Source: Dimorphilus gyrociliatus (lineage: Eukaryota; Animalia; Annelida). Taken from it: a stretch of DNA of 64,000 bases. Below, piece by piece: positions 63,468 to 64,000 of this stretch (position 1 is the first letter of the stretch; each line of letters begins with the position of its first letter). The position numbers and the translations under genes are program-made. The notes beneath the pieces are model-generated. The model was given only the letters and a program-made list of their open reading frames with translations, was not told where the DNA came from and did no database searches. The DNA lies in contig CAJFCJ010000040.1 in NCBI GenBank assembly GCA_904063045.1, positions 65,503-129,502 on the forward strand. The letters are read 5' to 3'.

Positions 63468-64000
63468 ATGCTTCCTATCAGAGGATCAATAATTTATACA
63501 CTGTTAGCAATATGCTGTTTAAACTTGGTCCAAGCAAATGTATCCATAACAAAAGCAAACATAACTGTAAGAATGCTACCATCAGTACAGTTTTGTCAAG
63601 GACAACAAGTACACCAATCATTTGATTTAGCAGATGAACCAGTATGTACCTTTGAAACTAAACAAATGATCAAAATTGTAGCTAACATCTATGAAATTAA
63701 AGCTGACAATTTGGCAATTCAAGCTGTCAAGTGTTTAGTGAAAAGAAGAATCAATTTCTACACTCATTACTTTTTTGGAGCAAAGAAACACAGAATTGAA
63801 AAACAAAACTTGCCTTAAGTGAAAAACAATGCAGAACAATGCTATACACACACAAAACTTAAATGGACAAAACCTAATTGAAAAAGGCAAACTTTTCTTA
63901 TGTATATGAAAACAAAGGACCAAATTACAAATGGCCAAGACCACAGTGTGGAAGAATTTACAACAATCCTTCAAATTGGCAGGCTTATTGGAATCCAAGT
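63468..64000 (+). CDS. env: Env-like glycoprotein N-terminus (frameshifted, truncated by window edge)
   Basis: Signal-like IIYTLLAICCLNLVQA|NVS with NxS/T sites; C...YFFGAKK motif; homologous to 21276-21860. Confidence 0.85.

Larger units (their letters stand above)
57556..64000 (+). mobile_element. Near-complete env-bearing Ty3/Gypsy element, running off the window
   Basis: 5' LTR, PBS, gag, PR (DSGA), RT (YMDD), RNase H (TDAS...DH), IN (HHCC, D,D-E, GPY) in Gypsy order, then an env-like region. Confidence 0.97.

Overview
This is AT-rich eukaryotic (invertebrate) DNA with short GT-AG introns. The gene content suggests a compact lophotrochozoan genome (inference only). Host genes form an accessory cluster of receptor and secreted-protein genes: (1) several GRL101/LGR-type LDLa-LRR-7TM receptor genes or remnants with different N-terminal modules (C-type lectin, SRCR-like, discoidin); (2) three RNI-like LRR genes; (3) a SEA-MAM-serine protease; (4) a GDPH/ITI-heavy-chain-C-like protein; (5) several orphan secreted proteins; (6) a degenerate tRNA-Leu(UAA). 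One Ty3/Gypsy LTR family dominates the mobile DNA: a near-complete copy at 57556-64000, two internal remnants and many solo or partial LTRs with 5-bp TSDs. This family has three unusual traits: an env-like glycoprotein with class III fusogen-like motifs, probably in one ORF with gag-pol; a tandem 63-bp array encoding candidate phospho-SUMO-interacting motifs between protease and RT; and a reading frame that starts inside the LTR. Also present are a MITE family with internal TTAGGG-like repeats, a 981-bp long-TIR element carrying a two-exon secreted Cys-hairpin peptide gene, a PHD-finger-like DNA transposon remnant and a BEL/Pao remnant. Many frameshifts are single-base indels in short homopolymers and may be assembly errors. 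All domain calls come from reading motifs by eye; no searches were run.
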